From Halorarum halobium (GTDB taxonomy: Archaea > Halobacteriota > Halobacteria > Halobacteriales > Haloferacaceae), in NCBI RefSeq assembly GCF_032116555.1, contig NZ_CP134949.1, positions 372,001 to 436,000 on the forward strand: DNA of 64,000 nucleotides, given 5' to 3'. Numbering within the stretch: the stretch's first letter is position 1; each line of letters starts with the position of its first letter. The notes beneath the pieces were generated by a model. That model worked only from the letters and a program-made list of their open reading frames with translations, searched no databases and was not told where the DNA came from. Made by a program: the position numbers and the translations under genes. Positions 1 through 10,312 of this stretch are shown piece after piece.

Positions 1-24
1 GCGTGAGTGGACCGTGAGTTCCAC

Positions 25-1167
25 ATGTCCGATCTGCTGTTAGAAAACGTCGGTCGCGTCGTCACCGGCGACCCGGCGGACCCGACGAAATCGGTCGAAT
101 CGATCCACGTGCGCGACGGCGTCATCGAGGAGCTGGGAGCCTCCGCGACGACCGCCGACACCGTCATCGACGTGCGGGGGACGACCGTCGTCCCGGGGCT
201 GATCGACGCCCACGTCCACCCGGTGGCGGGCGGGTACACGCCCAGACAGAACACGCTCGGCTGGTGTGAAAGCTACCTACACGGCGGCGTCACGTCGATG
301 GTCTCGGCCGGCGAGATCCACCATCCGGGGCGGCCCGCCGACGCGGCGGGGACGAAGTCGCTCGCGGTGCTCAACCGGAAGTCGTACGGGAACCACCGGC
401 CCGGCGGGGTGAAACTCCACGCCGGGACGCTCGTGCTCACGGACGATCTCGCGGTCGAGGACGTCGAGGAGGTCCGTCGGCAGGGCGTCGAGCGCACGAA
501 GATCATCTTCGCCATGGCCGACCTCGATCACGCCCACGACCTCGTGGCCCGGGCGAAGGAGCTCGGCATGGTGACGATGATGCACGCGGGCGGCGCGAGC
601 GTTCCGGGAACCCGGTCCATCGGCGAGGAACAGTTCAGGCGCGTCGAGCCCGACGTCGCGCTCCACTTCAACGGCGGCCCGACCGCGATGCCCGACGACG
701 AGTGGCGAGCCCTCCTCGCGGACACGGACATGGATCTGGAACTCGTCGTCGCGGGGAACCAGCGGACCGCCGGCGAGATCCTGTCGACGCTCGCCGACCG
801 CGACGAGCTTGACCGGCTTCAGATCGCCACGGACACGCCGACGGGCACCGGCGTCGTCCCGTGTGGGATGTGGCTGGAGGCCAGTTTCCTCGCGAGCACG
901 ACCGACGTGAGCGCGGCCGAACTCGTCTGTCTGATGACCGGCACGCCGGCCGCCCACCACGGCCTCGACGCGGGTCGGATCGAGCCGGGCCGTCCCGCCG
1001 ACCTCTGTATCCTCGACGCGCCCCAGGGGAGCGCGGCAGACGACGCCCTCGGCGCGATCGAACACGGTGATTATCCCAGCGTCGACACCGTGCTCGTCGA
1101 CGGGGAGGTGCTCGTTGACGGGAGTCGGAACACGGGCCCCGCGAAGCGACCGGCGGAGATCCTGTAA
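25..1167 (+). CDS. Enamidase-like amidohydrolase
   Basis: PGLIDAHVHP (HxH) metal motif; YTPRQN..SYLHGGVTSMVSAGE and IATDTPTG segments resemble the enamidase subfamily; ATG at 25. Confidence 0.8.
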   Translation: MSDLLLENVGRVVTGDPADPTKSVESIHVRDGVIEELGASATTADTVIDVRGTTVVPGLIDAHVHPVAGGYTPRQNTLGWCESYLHGGVTSMVSAGEIHHPGRPADAAGTKSLAVLNRKSYGNHRPGGVKLHAGTLVLTDDLAVEDVEEVRRQGVERTKIIFAMADLDHAHDLVARAKELGMVTMMHAGGASVPGTRSIGEEQFRRVEPDVALHFNGGPTAMPDDEWRALLADTDMDLELVVAGNQRTAGEILSTLADRDELDRLQIATDTPTGTGVVPCGMWLEASFLASTTDVSAAELVCLMTGTPAAHHGLDAGRIEPGRPADLCILDAPQGSAADDALGAIEHGDYPSVDTVLVDGEVLVDGSRNTGPAKRPAEIL

Positions 1168-1257
1168 GGGTTCACGGGCGGTCGGTTCCCCGTCCCGTTC
1201 GGTCGTCCCGCCGGACCGGACTAGCTTTATCATCTCCGTGCGAGACCTTCGAAGCGT

Positions 1258-1962
1258 ATGCTGCTCGATCTCACCCAGACGCTCGAGGAGGACGTCCCGT
1301 ACCCCGCGGTCTGCCCGCCGCCCTCGTTCGGCACGGTGCTGGACAACCGGGCCGACGATCCGCTCAACGTCCAGCAGTTCTCGCTGTCGACACACACCGG
1401 GACCCACATCGACGCGGTGCGCCACCGGTTCCCGGACGGCGAGTCGATCGACGAACTGCCCCTCGAACGGTTCACCGGCGAGTCGGTCGTCCTGGACGTT
1501 TCCAGGGAGGAGGCGGGCCCCGTGGACGCCGCGGACCTCGCGGCGGCCGTCGACCGCGACGACCTCTCGATCCGTCCAGACGACGTTGTGCTGCTGTACA
1601 TGGGCTGGGGCGACAAGTACGGCACGGACGAGTACGAGATCCACCCGTGGCTGACGACGGACGCGGCCGCGTGGCTCGTCGACCGCGAGGTCTCGCTCGT
1701 CGGGATGGACACGATCACGCCCGACGTTCCCGGCCCCCACCGATCGGACGACTGGGCGGAGACCGAACGGTGGCCCGTGCACGAAGTGCTGCTCGGCGGT
1801 GACGTCCTCATCGCCGAGAACCTGGTCAACCTCGACCGCATCGCCGGCGAGCGCGTCGCGGTGACGGCGTTCCCGCTGAAGATCCGTGACGGCGACGGCG
1901 CACAGACCCGGTTCGTCGCCGAGACCGAACACCGAGTCGCACCCGACGAGCCCCGGAGCTAG
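1258..1962 (+). CDS. Cyclase family (kynurenine formamidase-like) metal-dependent hydrolase
   Basis: HTGTHIDA signature, VGMDT, HEVLL, IAENLVNL and PLKI..GDGAQTR. Confidence 0.9.
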   Translation: MLLDLTQTLEEDVPYPAVCPPPSFGTVLDNRADDPLNVQQFSLSTHTGTHIDAVRHRFPDGESIDELPLERFTGESVVLDVSREEAGPVDAADLAAAVDRDDLSIRPDDVVLLYMGWGDKYGTDEYEIHPWLTTDAAAWLVDREVSLVGMDTITPDVPGPHRSDDWAETERWPVHEVLLGGDVLIAENLVNLDRIAGERVAVTAFPLKIRDGDGAQTRFVAETEHRVAPDEPRS

Positions 1963-2071
1963 GTTCCAGTCGAGCGGAGCGCCGGAGCGCCGCAGGCGGT
2001 CCCCGCCGGCTCTTCTGACGGTACACGACGCGGAGCGTTCGCCGTGCGTTCCACGCGAAAACCGTCACGTC

Positions 2072-2092
2072 GTGTTCGCAGTTACCGAACAC
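2072..2092. promoter_or_regulatory. Perfect palindrome GTGTTCG-N7-CGAACAC, candidate IclR operator
   Basis: 7-bp perfect inverted arms in the intergenic region upstream of the IclR gene; degenerate copies at 2488-2506, 17476-17494 and 26659-26677. Confidence 0.5.
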
Positions 2093-2495
2093 CGAGTAAC
2101 CATTACGATCGTATCGTTGTAATTTGAACGGCGGGAATCGGTTGAATACGCCTCGCGGCGCGTTCACCGCGTCGGACTCGTCCGCCGCTCGACTCCGTCG
2201 TGCAGCACGGTCGGGAATGCGGGGACGAGCGCCCCCGATCCAGTCGATCTCCGATCCGGACGCGGACCAGTTCTCCGGACCGGACGCTTCGGCCGACCCA
2301 CGTCGCAGACGGAACCTGTTCGGGATCGCCGAACAGCCATCCCGACGGCGACGGTCGCCGACCGCCCGGCACCCGTCGAGCCGACCGCGACCGGTCCGGA
2401 TACCGAACCCGATCCGGACCGCTCGGACGCCCGGACGACCCCGACCCGCGTTTTGCGGGTCAAGCTTTAATGCATCCGGGCGAGGAGTGTTCGGT

Positions 2496-3272
2496 ATGAC
2501 CGACGACGAACCCCAACAACCAGGGGTGAAAACGACCGAAACGATCGTCGAGATAATCGAAACCCTGCGCGACCTCGACGGTGCGAGCGCCGCGACGCTG
2601 TCCGACCATCTCGGCATGTCGAGAAGCTGGACGTACGAGCACCTCGTCACGCTGGAGAAGCTGGAGTACGTCGTCAACGAGGACGGGACGTACCGACTGG
2701 GGTTGCGGTTCCTCGACCACGGCAAGTACGTCAAGAGCCGGATGCGGATCCACCAGCTCGTCCAGTCGTCGATCGCGCACCTCGCCGAGGAGACCGGCGA
2801 ACTCGTTCGGTTCGGGGTCGAGGAACACGGGCGCGTCTTCCAGTTGAACGAGGCGGCCGGCGAGCGGGCCGTCGCCGTCGACCGGTGGCTCGGCGAGCAC
2901 ACGCACATGCACTATCTCGCGCTCGGCAAGTCGATGCTGGCGTACATGCCCGAGTCACGGGTCAGGGAGATCCTCGACCGCCACGGGCTGCCGGAGATGA
3001 CGAACGAAACGATCACCGACGAGGGGAAGCTGTTCGACGAGCTGGAGGAGATCAGGGAGCGCGACGGGATCTCGTTCATCGACTCCGAGCTCGAAGCGGG
3101 CGTCAGGGCGGTCGGAGCGCCGATCATCCACTCGGAGGACATCGTCGGCGCGATCAGCGTCTCGGGGCCCGCGAACAGGCTGAAGGGGCCGCTGTTCCGC
3201 GAGACCATCCCCGAGCAGATCCGGGCGACGACCAACGAGGTCGAACTCAAGCTCCTCACCGAGCTCGAGTGA
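2496..3272 (+). CDS. IclR family transcriptional regulator
   Basis: N-terminal HTH ending YRLGLRFL; C-terminal ALGKSMLA and GVRAVGAPI..GAISVSGP; ATG at 2496 preferred over the ORF-track start. Confidence 0.93.
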   Translation: MTDDEPQQPGVKTTETIVEIIETLRDLDGASAATLSDHLGMSRSWTYEHLVTLEKLEYVVNEDGTYRLGLRFLDHGKYVKSRMRIHQLVQSSIAHLAEETGELVRFGVEEHGRVFQLNEAAGERAVAVDRWLGEHTHMHYLALGKSMLAYMPESRVREILDRHGLPEMTNETITDEGKLFDELEEIRERDGISFIDSELEAGVRAVGAPIIHSEDIVGAISVSGPANRLKGPLFRETIPEQIRATTNEVELKLLTELE

Positions 3273-3337
3273 CCTGAGCTCGGGGGCGAGGCCCGCCCTG
3301 CGGGAACGTTAATACGCCCCGCTCGACAGCACAACCC

Positions 3338-4258
3338 GTGAACCCGTTCGACACGCCGGGGCTTCTCGTGCCGCCGATGACGCCGTTCGCTGCCGGCGGC
3401 GACGTCGACCACGAGGCCTACGAGGAACAGATCGAGTACGTCCTCGCGAACTGTGATCCGGCGGCGATCCCGCTGCTGGCCGTCGAAGCACAGGAGTACC
3501 GGGCGCTCTCACCCGCCGAGCGGGCCGAGACCGTCCGTCGGGGGGCGGAGATCGTCGACGGGCGCGTCCCGGTCATCGTCGGCGCGTCGGCCGCCAGTCC
3601 CCGCCGGGCGATCGAGTTCGGCCGGATCGCAACCGAGGTCGACGCCGACGCGGTCCAGCTTCTGATCCCCCGACGGCTCCAGGGCGGAGCCACGCGCGTC
3701 GAGGAACTGGCCGCGTTCTTCGCCGAGGTGGGTGACGCGCTCGACCTGCCGATAGTCGCGTACCACAACCCCGGTCCGGGCGCCTCGTTGACGCCGGACG
3801 AACTGGTCCGGCTGGCGAGAGTGGACGCGGTCGCGGCGTTCAAGGAGAGTTCGAGAAACGCCAGGCGCGTGCTCACCCTGATCGAGCGGATCGACCGTGC
3901 GGGGCTGGCGAACTACTACACGACGATGGAACTCCTGCTGGTCACCGTCCTCATGGGAGGGTCCGGCGGGACGATGCCCGCCCCGCCAGCCGTGATCGCG
4001 AGCGACCTCCTCGCGGCGCTCGCGGACGGCGACCTCGAGGGGGCCCTCGACCGCCAGCGGGCGTTCGCCGAGTTCCCGGCCGGCTTCCTCGAACACGGCT
4101 TCCCGGCGGTGATGAAAGCGGCGCTCGCACACGTCGGCGTCGACGCGGGGGTCCCCCTGTCTCCCGCCGGTCCCCTGCCGGCGGAAGTGCGCGCGCGCCT
4201 CGCGGACCGGCTGGACGCCGTCGGGCTGGCGGCCCACTCGGCGTCCGATCGCCGGTAA
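3338..4258 (+). CDS. Dihydrodipicolinate synthase (DHDPS/NAL) family aldolase-like protein
   Basis: PPMTPF, GRVPVIVG, VAYHNP, Schiff-base Lys in AFKESS; GTG start. Confidence 0.85.
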   Translation: MNPFDTPGLLVPPMTPFAAGGDVDHEAYEEQIEYVLANCDPAAIPLLAVEAQEYRALSPAERAETVRRGAEIVDGRVPVIVGASAASPRRAIEFGRIATEVDADAVQLLIPRRLQGGATRVEELAAFFAEVGDALDLPIVAYHNPGPGASLTPDELVRLARVDAVAAFKESSRNARRVLTLIERIDRAGLANYYTTMELLLVTVLMGGSGGTMPAPPAVIASDLLAALADGDLEGALDRQRAFAEFPAGFLEHGFPAVMKAALAHVGVDAGVPLSPAGPLPAEVRARLADRLDAVGLAAHSASDRR

Positions 4259-4264
4259 GTCGCC

Positions 4265-5320
4265 TCAGGTGTCCGCTTCCAGCGGAAGGATCGTCCCCCG
4301 GTCGATCTTCACTTCCCCGTCGATCTCCAGGGTCGGGCGGGCGACGACGCCGTCCATGTGCAGTCGGCTCTGCACGTCGCCGCCGACGTCGGCGTTCGTG
4401 CCCAGTCCGACGTGGATGCACCCGAGCATGACCTTGTCCTCGCGCTGGACGCCGACGATCTTCGACTCGGGGTTCGTGCCGACCGAGAACTCCGTGGGCA
4501 TCTTGTACGCGTCCTCGTCGCCGTACTCCTCGAGGATCCGCTCCAGTTCGAGCGCCTGGTACCCCCCGTCGACGTCGACGATGCGCCCCGACTCGATCTC
4601 GATCTCGATCGGCTCCTCCAGCCGACCCAGGGCGTGCATCGTCGTGTCGATGACGAGCGTCCCGTCGGCCGTGGCGGGGTCGGGCGGGACGTTGAACTCG
4701 CCGCCCGGGCAGATGGCCGCCCGGAAGCCCGGCCGGAACTCCTCGGCGCGCAGCGGCCAGCCCGGCGGCTCCTCCGGATCCGGCTCGTCCGGGACGAACA
4801 CGCGGTCCTCGATGCTCAGCGTCAGATCACAGCCGTGCTCGCTGGTGAGCCGCGCCTCGCTCCCTCCCTCGAACACCTCCGTCGCCACGCGGTAGGTGAG
4901 CCGCTCGATCTCCTTGTAGTCGGCCGTGAAGCCGCCGGACGTGAGCATGTCCATCGTCATCCCCCCGTCGAGACAGACGAAGGGGACGCCGCTCTCCATC
5001 GCCTCGTGGCCGGCGGGGCTGTGGAGCATCGCGGTCGTCGTGCAGGTGACGACGACGTCGACCTCCTTCATCTGGGCCGCGACGCTCGCCGGCGGGTCGA
5101 AGTAGTCCATCTCCCGCGGTTCGAACACGGAGACGATCGGGTGGGCGCCGATGTCGGCGACGGCGGCCGCGACGGACCGCCACACCTCCGGGTCGTGGTC
5201 GGTGTCGGTCACGAGCAGTACCTCGTCGCCGGCCTCGACGTTCGGTTCCAGCGGCTTCTTCACGTACTTCGCGGCCTCGATGGAGCGGTACGGCGCGTGA
5301 TCGATCGATCGCTGGCCCAT
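4265..5320 (-). CDS. Peptidase M29 / NicX-like metalloenzyme
   Basis: PGGEFNVPP, ADGTLVID, EFSVGTNP, IHVGLG and HMDG motifs of the thermophilic-metalloprotease/NicX fold; ATG at 5320. Confidence 0.75.
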   Translation of the reverse strand: MGQRSIDHAPYRSIEAAKYVKKPLEPNVEAGDEVLLVTDTDHDPEVWRSVAAAVADIGAHPIVSVFEPREMDYFDPPASVAAQMKEVDVVVTCTTTAMLHSPAGHEAMESGVPFVCLDGGMTMDMLTSGGFTADYKEIERLTYRVATEVFEGGSEARLTSEHGCDLTLSIEDRVFVPDEPDPEEPPGWPLRAEEFRPGFRAAICPGGEFNVPPDPATADGTLVIDTTMHALGRLEEPIEIEIESGRIVDVDGGYQALELERILEEYGDEDAYKMPTEFSVGTNPESKIVGVQREDKVMLGCIHVGLGTNADVGGDVQSRLHMDGVVARPTLEIDGEVKIDRGTILPLEADT

Positions 5321-5456
5321 GAGTCCCGGTCGTCTTCCGCCCGAATAACTGTTCTGTCGGGCACGGCGCGGACCCCAGTCTCCGATCCCCACACCCGCCT
5401 CCCCGCACCCGACCCGACGAAAGCGTTAAGATTCGACGCGGAGACGCTCCAGCACG

Positions 5457-6341
5457 ATGGATTCAGCGATCAGCGGCGTCGTCGCGCCCGTGATCACGCC
5501 GGTCGAGGAGGGCGAGATCCGGCCCGACCGCGTCGACCGAAGCGTCGAGTTCACGCTCGAGTGCGGCTGTCACGCGGTAGTGGCGGCCGGGACCGGCGTG
5601 CAGGAGACGTCCACGATGTCGCTCGAGGAGCGACGCGAGGTGATCGCCGCGACGGTCGAGGCGGTCGACGGCGCCGTGCCGGTCGTCGCCGGCGTCTCGT
5701 TCCCCTCGAAACCGGGGACCGCGGCGCTCCTCGAGCACGCCGCGCGGGAGGGGGCCGACGCGGTCGTCGCGATGCCGCCCTGGGGGCTCCCGCCGAGCGG
5801 CGACGCGATCGTGCGCTACTTCGAGTTCGTCGCCTCCGAGAGCGACCTGCCGGTGGTCGCGTACAACAACCCGACGGTGACCGCCGACATGTCGCGTGAG
5901 ACGATGGCCGCGGTCGCCGCGCTCGACGGCGTCACCGCCGTGAAGGAGAGTTCGCGCGACTGGCTGAAGATCGGGTGGCTGCTCGAACGGGTCCGGCACG
6001 CGGGCCACGCTGACGTGTTCACCACGATGGACGTGCTGCTCCCGACGCTCCAGGCCGGCGGCGGCGGCGCCATCATTCCCCCGCCGGCGACCGTGCCCGC
6101 GATGGCGGTTCACGAGGCCTACGAGGCCGGAGACCTCGAGGCAGCCGCCGAGGCCCAGCGCACGTTCGGCACGTTCCCGCCGGACGCGGCGAACGGCCTC
6201 ACCCCGACGGTGAAGGCGGCCGCCGAACGCGCCGGGGTGTCGGTCGGGCCACCGCGCTGGCCCTACGACCGGCTGCCGGCAGAGGCACACGACGACCTCG
6301 AGGCGTGGATGGACCGCGTCGACGTTCCGCGGTACGACTGA
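5457..6341 (+). CDS. DHDPS/NAL family aldolase-like protein (paralog of 3338-4258)
   Basis: APVITP, GAVPVVAG, VAYNNP, AVKESSR. Confidence 0.85.
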   Translation: MDSAISGVVAPVITPVEEGEIRPDRVDRSVEFTLECGCHAVVAAGTGVQETSTMSLEERREVIAATVEAVDGAVPVVAGVSFPSKPGTAALLEHAAREGADAVVAMPPWGLPPSGDAIVRYFEFVASESDLPVVAYNNPTVTADMSRETMAAVAALDGVTAVKESSRDWLKIGWLLERVRHAGHADVFTTMDVLLPTLQAGGGGAIIPPPATVPAMAVHEAYEAGDLEAAAEAQRTFGTFPPDAANGLTPTVKAAAERAGVSVGPPRWPYDRLPAEAHDDLEAWMDRVDVPRYD

Positions 6342-6395
6342 GCCGTGACCCGGGCTCCCAGCCACACGGCGCCCACTGCGGTTGCTCCCCGCCGG

Positions 6396-7610
6396 TCACC
6401 GGGAGACGAGCCATCGGAGCGCGACCATCGAACCCGCCCCGACCACGCCCACGACGGCCCCGAGCGCGACGAACGCGCTCGGGGTGCCGACCACCGGAAG
6501 GAGCGCCGCCACGGCCACGGGACCGAGTAGCTTCCCGACGTTCATCGTCGTGCTGGCGCTCGACATCGCGCCGGCCCGGAGGTGGTCCGGGGCGTGCGCG
6601 TTCACCAGCGTCTTCTGGAGCGGGCCCAGGAAGCCGTCGCCGACGCCGTAGACGACGAGCCCCGCGACCAGGGTCGTGAGCGACGGCGAGGTGCCCATCG
6701 CTGCCACGCCGACGCCGGCGACCGCGAACGAGACGGCGGCGACGAGCGCGGCGTCGACACGGGCGACGAGCCGCCCGACCTGGGTGGAGCCGACGAGCGC
6801 GAACACTCCCTTGAGCGAGACGACGACGCCGACGAGCGACACCGCCAGCCCGAGCTCGCCGACCGCCAGCGCGGAGACGTAGGTGACGACGCCGAACAGG
6901 AGCGCGAACCGGAACACCGTCGACAGCAGCACGAGCGCCATCGTCGGCCGTCCGAGCAGTCCCAGGAGCTGTGTGACGTACTCGCGGACCGTCGACCGCC
7001 GCTCGGGGCGGACGTCGGGCATCGCGACCCAGGCCCACAGCGCGACCGGCAGGCCGAGCAGGAACAGGAGGAACGGGTACCGCCAGGAGGACAGAAAGAG
7101 GAGCCCGGCGATCGCCGGGGAGACCACGTTGACGACGCCCAGGCCGCCGTTGCGAACCCCCTGGGCGGTCGCCTCCCGGCTCCCGTCGTACACGTCGCCG
7201 AAGACGGTCATCGTCAGCGGCATCACGGCCGCGAACCCGACGCCCTGGAGGAGCCGGAGCGCGAGCGCGACCTCGAACGACCGGGTGAGCGCGAGCGCGC
7301 CGCCGGTCACCGAGAACAGTACGAGGCCGGGGACGAGGACCGTCCGTCGACCGAGCCGATCGGCCACCATCCCCAGCACCGGGACGAGCAGGATCTGGGG
7401 GAGCAGGATCGCGACCATGAACCGGCCCACCTCGGCCTCCGAAACGCCGTAGAGCACGGCGAGGTCGACCAGCAACGGGCTGACGAGGTACTCGCCGGTC
7501 ACGACGACCGCCGCCGAGACGACCATCACCTGCGTGATCCGGTCCCCCGCGACGTCGCCGTCGGCGCCGAAAAGCCACCTGAGGGCCCGCGTCCCGTCGA
7601 ACGTGCTCAT
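6396..7610 (-). CDS. MFS transporter
   Basis: About 12 hydrophobic segments; motif A GMVADRLGRR; RLLQGVG. Confidence 0.9.
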   Translation of the reverse strand: MSTFDGTRALRWLFGADGDVAGDRITQVMVVSAAVVVTGEYLVSPLLVDLAVLYGVSEAEVGRFMVAILLPQILLVPVLGMVADRLGRRTVLVPGLVLFSVTGGALALTRSFEVALALRLLQGVGFAAVMPLTMTVFGDVYDGSREATAQGVRNGGLGVVNVVSPAIAGLLFLSSWRYPFLLFLLGLPVALWAWVAMPDVRPERRSTVREYVTQLLGLLGRPTMALVLLSTVFRFALLFGVVTYVSALAVGELGLAVSLVGVVVSLKGVFALVGSTQVGRLVARVDAALVAAVSFAVAGVGVAAMGTSPSLTTLVAGLVVYGVGDGFLGPLQKTLVNAHAPDHLRAGAMSSASTTMNVGKLLGPVAVAALLPVVGTPSAFVALGAVVGVVGAGSMVALRWLVSR

Positions 7611-7773
7611 CCGTCACCCTCCCGGGTCCTCCCCCGTGGTCGGTTCACACGCTCTCCTGACGCGGCATCCCGCATGTACGTGTCGACCTGAAGCGACTGA
7701 TCACGAGCGCGAACAGCGGGGAGCGGCCGCAGTTAGCACCGGGAGGTGAGGGGGCGGCCGCCCCGTGGGCGAG

Positions 7774-8736
7774 TCACTCGAACCGCTCCTTGATCCACCC
7801 GCCGATCCCCTCCGGGACGAAGATCAGCAGGACGATGAGGATCACGCCGTACACGATGAACCGGACCTCGCTGAGGAAGCGAAGCACCTCCGGAACGAAC
7901 ACGACGAACATCCCGCCGATGATGGCCCCGCCGACGGTGGTGATCCCACCTGCGACGGCGGCGAGGATGATCTCGATCGTCGCGTCGAGGTTGAACAACG
8001 TCGGGGTGATGTAGCCGGTGATGGGGGCGTAGATGCCGCCGGCGAGCCCGCAGATCGCCCCCGACAGCGAGAACGCGAGCAGCCGGTACCGCTGGGTGTC
8101 GATGCCGACCGACTCGGCGACGATGGTCTCCTCGTGGAGCGCCAGGAGCGCCCAGCCGTGTTCGGACTCGACCAGTCGCCTGATGACGAGGTAGGAGCCG
8201 ACGAACGCCACCAGCGCGACGTAGAAGTACAGCACGTCGATGGAGACGACCGCCGTCAGCGCGTCCGGGAAGTAGAGGTCAGGACTCGGCATCCCGATGC
8301 TTCCGCCGAAGAACCCGGGGAAGAGGTCGAGCGCGAGGACGAACATCTCGTTGAACGCGAGCGTGATGATCCCCAGATAGATGCCGGTCGCGCGCGTCGC
8401 CGGCTTCCCGAGCGCGTAGGCGACGGCGGTCGTGACGACGATCGCTGCCGGGATCGCGAGCCACGTCGGGACGCCGGCGTTGGCGACTTTGATGAACGTG
8501 TATGCTCCGACGCCGAAGAATGCCCCCTGCGAGAGGATGAGCTGACCGGAGTACCCGATCGGGGCAATCGCCGCGAACGCCAGGATCGCGTAGATGAACG
8601 AGAGCGTAAACAGGTACAGCCTCGACCCGCTGAATACGAACGGGAGCGCGAACAGCGCGACGGCTGCTACGCCAACCAGCTTGCGCCAGTGGTTCTCGAG
8701 GAACGCCTTCGGCCCGCTCACCGTCTCGCTCGCCAT
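7774..8736 (-). CDS. livM: Branched-chain amino acid-type ABC permease (LivM-like)
   Basis: GYSGQLILSQGAFFGVGAY, GIYLGIITLAF. Confidence 0.88.
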   Translation of the reverse strand: MASETVSGPKAFLENHWRKLVGVAAVALFALPFVFSGSRLYLFTLSFIYAILAFAAIAPIGYSGQLILSQGAFFGVGAYTFIKVANAGVPTWLAIPAAIVVTTAVAYALGKPATRATGIYLGIITLAFNEMFVLALDLFPGFFGGSIGMPSPDLYFPDALTAVVSIDVLYFYVALVAFVGSYLVIRRLVESEHGWALLALHEETIVAESVGIDTQRYRLLAFSLSGAICGLAGGIYAPITGYITPTLFNLDATIEIILAAVAGGITTVGGAIIGGMFVVFVPEVLRFLSEVRFIVYGVILIVLLIFVPEGIGGWIKERFE

Positions 8737-9602
8737 CAGGAATCACCTCGCAGGCCCGTGGGACGGGCGATGAGGATGAGGAACAGAATGAGGAAGACGA
8801 CGAAGATGCGGTACCGGCTGCCGACCACGACCGACGAGATGCTGTCGATGACGCCGATGAGGAGGCTGGCGGCGATGGTCCCGCCGAAGCTGCCGATGCC
8901 GCCGACCACGACGATGACGAACGCGAACGCCGTGAGTTCGACGCCGATGGACGGCGAGAGCGGGAAGAGGATACCGTAGAGCACCCCCGTCATCCCCGTG
9001 ATGAACGATCCGATCCCGAACGTGATCGGGTAGACGCGGTCCTCGTCGACGCCGATGATCTTGGCACCTTCCTTGTCGTTCGCGAGCGCGCGGATCGCGA
9101 GCCCGAAGTACGTGTACCGGGTGAACAGGTACAGCGCCGCGAGCATCAACACCGCGACGACCGAGACGAGGACCTGGTTGTACGTGATCGTCCCGCCGAA
9201 CAGCTGGAAACTCCCGAGGTTCGGGAAGGAGACCCGGAACAACGACGCGCCGAAGTAGTAGCGCAACAGCTCCTCGAAGGCGATGACGATGCCGAACGAG
9301 GCGAAGAACGAGAGCAGGAAGAACTCGTCGTCGTCGTACAGCGGAGCCATGATGAGTCGCTCGACGGCGACGCCGGCGACGAACGTCAACACGAGCGCGA
9401 TGGCGATGGCCGGGACGAGACCGATGCCAAAGCCCATCAGCGCGATGACGCCGAAGCCGCCGAAGGCGGCGAACTCCCCCTGCGCGAAGTTGGGGATGTC
9501 GAGGACGCCGAAGATGAGCGTCAGCCCGACTGCCGTCAGCGCGAGCAGGAACCCGAAGATGAGCCCTGTGGCGATCGCGTACGGGATCTGTTCGAGCACC
9601 AT
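8736..9602 (-). CDS. livH: Branched-chain amino acid-type ABC permease (LivH-like)
   Basis: ALTAVGLTLIFGVLDIPNFAQGE, GLAIRA, VVVGGIGS; ATG at 9602. Confidence 0.9.
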   Translation of the reverse strand: MVLEQIPYAIATGLIFGFLLALTAVGLTLIFGVLDIPNFAQGEFAAFGGFGVIALMGFGIGLVPAIAIALVLTFVAGVAVERLIMAPLYDDDEFFLLSFFASFGIVIAFEELLRYYFGASLFRVSFPNLGSFQLFGGTITYNQVLVSVVAVLMLAALYLFTRYTYFGLAIRALANDKEGAKIIGVDEDRVYPITFGIGSFITGMTGVLYGILFPLSPSIGVELTAFAFVIVVVGGIGSFGGTIAASLLIGVIDSISSVVVGSRYRIFVVFLILFLILIARPTGLRGDS

Positions 9603-9603
9603 C

Positions 9604-10311
9604 TCAGGCCCCCCCTCCGAGGTATCGCTCGACGATCCGGTCGTCGTCCAGGAACTCGGTCGCGTCACCGGTCATCGTGATCCGGCCGTTCTCGAGGAGA
9701 GCACCGCGATCCGCGACCTCCAGGGCCTCGTTCACGTTCTGTTCGACCATCACGATGGTCACGCCATCCTCGTTGATGCGTTCGATGCGCTCGAACAGTT
9801 CGGTGACGAGATTCGGCGCGAGGCCGACGGACGGCTCGTCCAGCAAGAGCAGGTCCGGTTCGGACATCAGCCCCCGGCCGATGGTGAGCATCTGTGCCTC
9901 GCCGCCGCTGAGCGTATCCGCCCGCTGTCCCTTGCGCTCTTCGAGCCGAGGGAACGTCGCATAGACGCGGTCGAGGAGCTCCTGCTTGTCGGCGTCCCGG
10001 TTGAGGTACTGTCCGAGGATGAGGTTCTCTCGCACGCTCATGTCTCGGAAGAGGTGTCGTCCCTCGGGGACCAGCGACATTCCCATCTCGACGCGGTCGG
10101 GCGTCGAGACGGTCGTGATGTCCCGATCTCGAAACGTGACGCTGCCACTCGTCGGACTGATGATTCCCATGAGCGTTCGCATGATGGTCGTTTTGCCGGC
10201 ACCGTTCGGGCCGATGATGGAGAGCAGTTCCCCCTCGCTCACGTCGAGCGAGACGTCGTAGAGAACTTCCATGTCGCCGTATCCGGCGTCGACGGCTGAA
10301 GTGTGGAGCAT
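9604..10311 (-). CDS. livF: ABC ATP-binding protein (LivF-like)
   Basis: GPNGAGKTT, LSGGE, LLLDEPSVGLAP, VEQN. Confidence 0.93.
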   Translation of the reverse strand: MLHTSAVDAGYGDMEVLYDVSLDVSEGELLSIIGPNGAGKTTIMRTLMGIISPTSGSVTFRDRDITTVSTPDRVEMGMSLVPEGRHLFRDMSVRENLILGQYLNRDADKQELLDRVYATFPRLEERKGQRADTLSGGEAQMLTIGRGLMSEPDLLLLDEPSVGLAPNLVTELFERIERINEDGVTIVMVEQNVNEALEVADRGALLENGRITMTGDATEFLDDDRIVERYLGGGA

Positions 10312-10312
10312 G

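Noticed and set aside
2124..2495. N-terminal extensions in the ORF track (IclR; likewise 39494-39937, 57378-57815, 57853-58227)
   Set aside because: Non-homologous low-complexity sequence; downstream ATGs match the family N-termini
3338..6341. dapA (lysine biosynthesis) assignment
   Set aside because: GTTGE motif absent and no dap genes nearby
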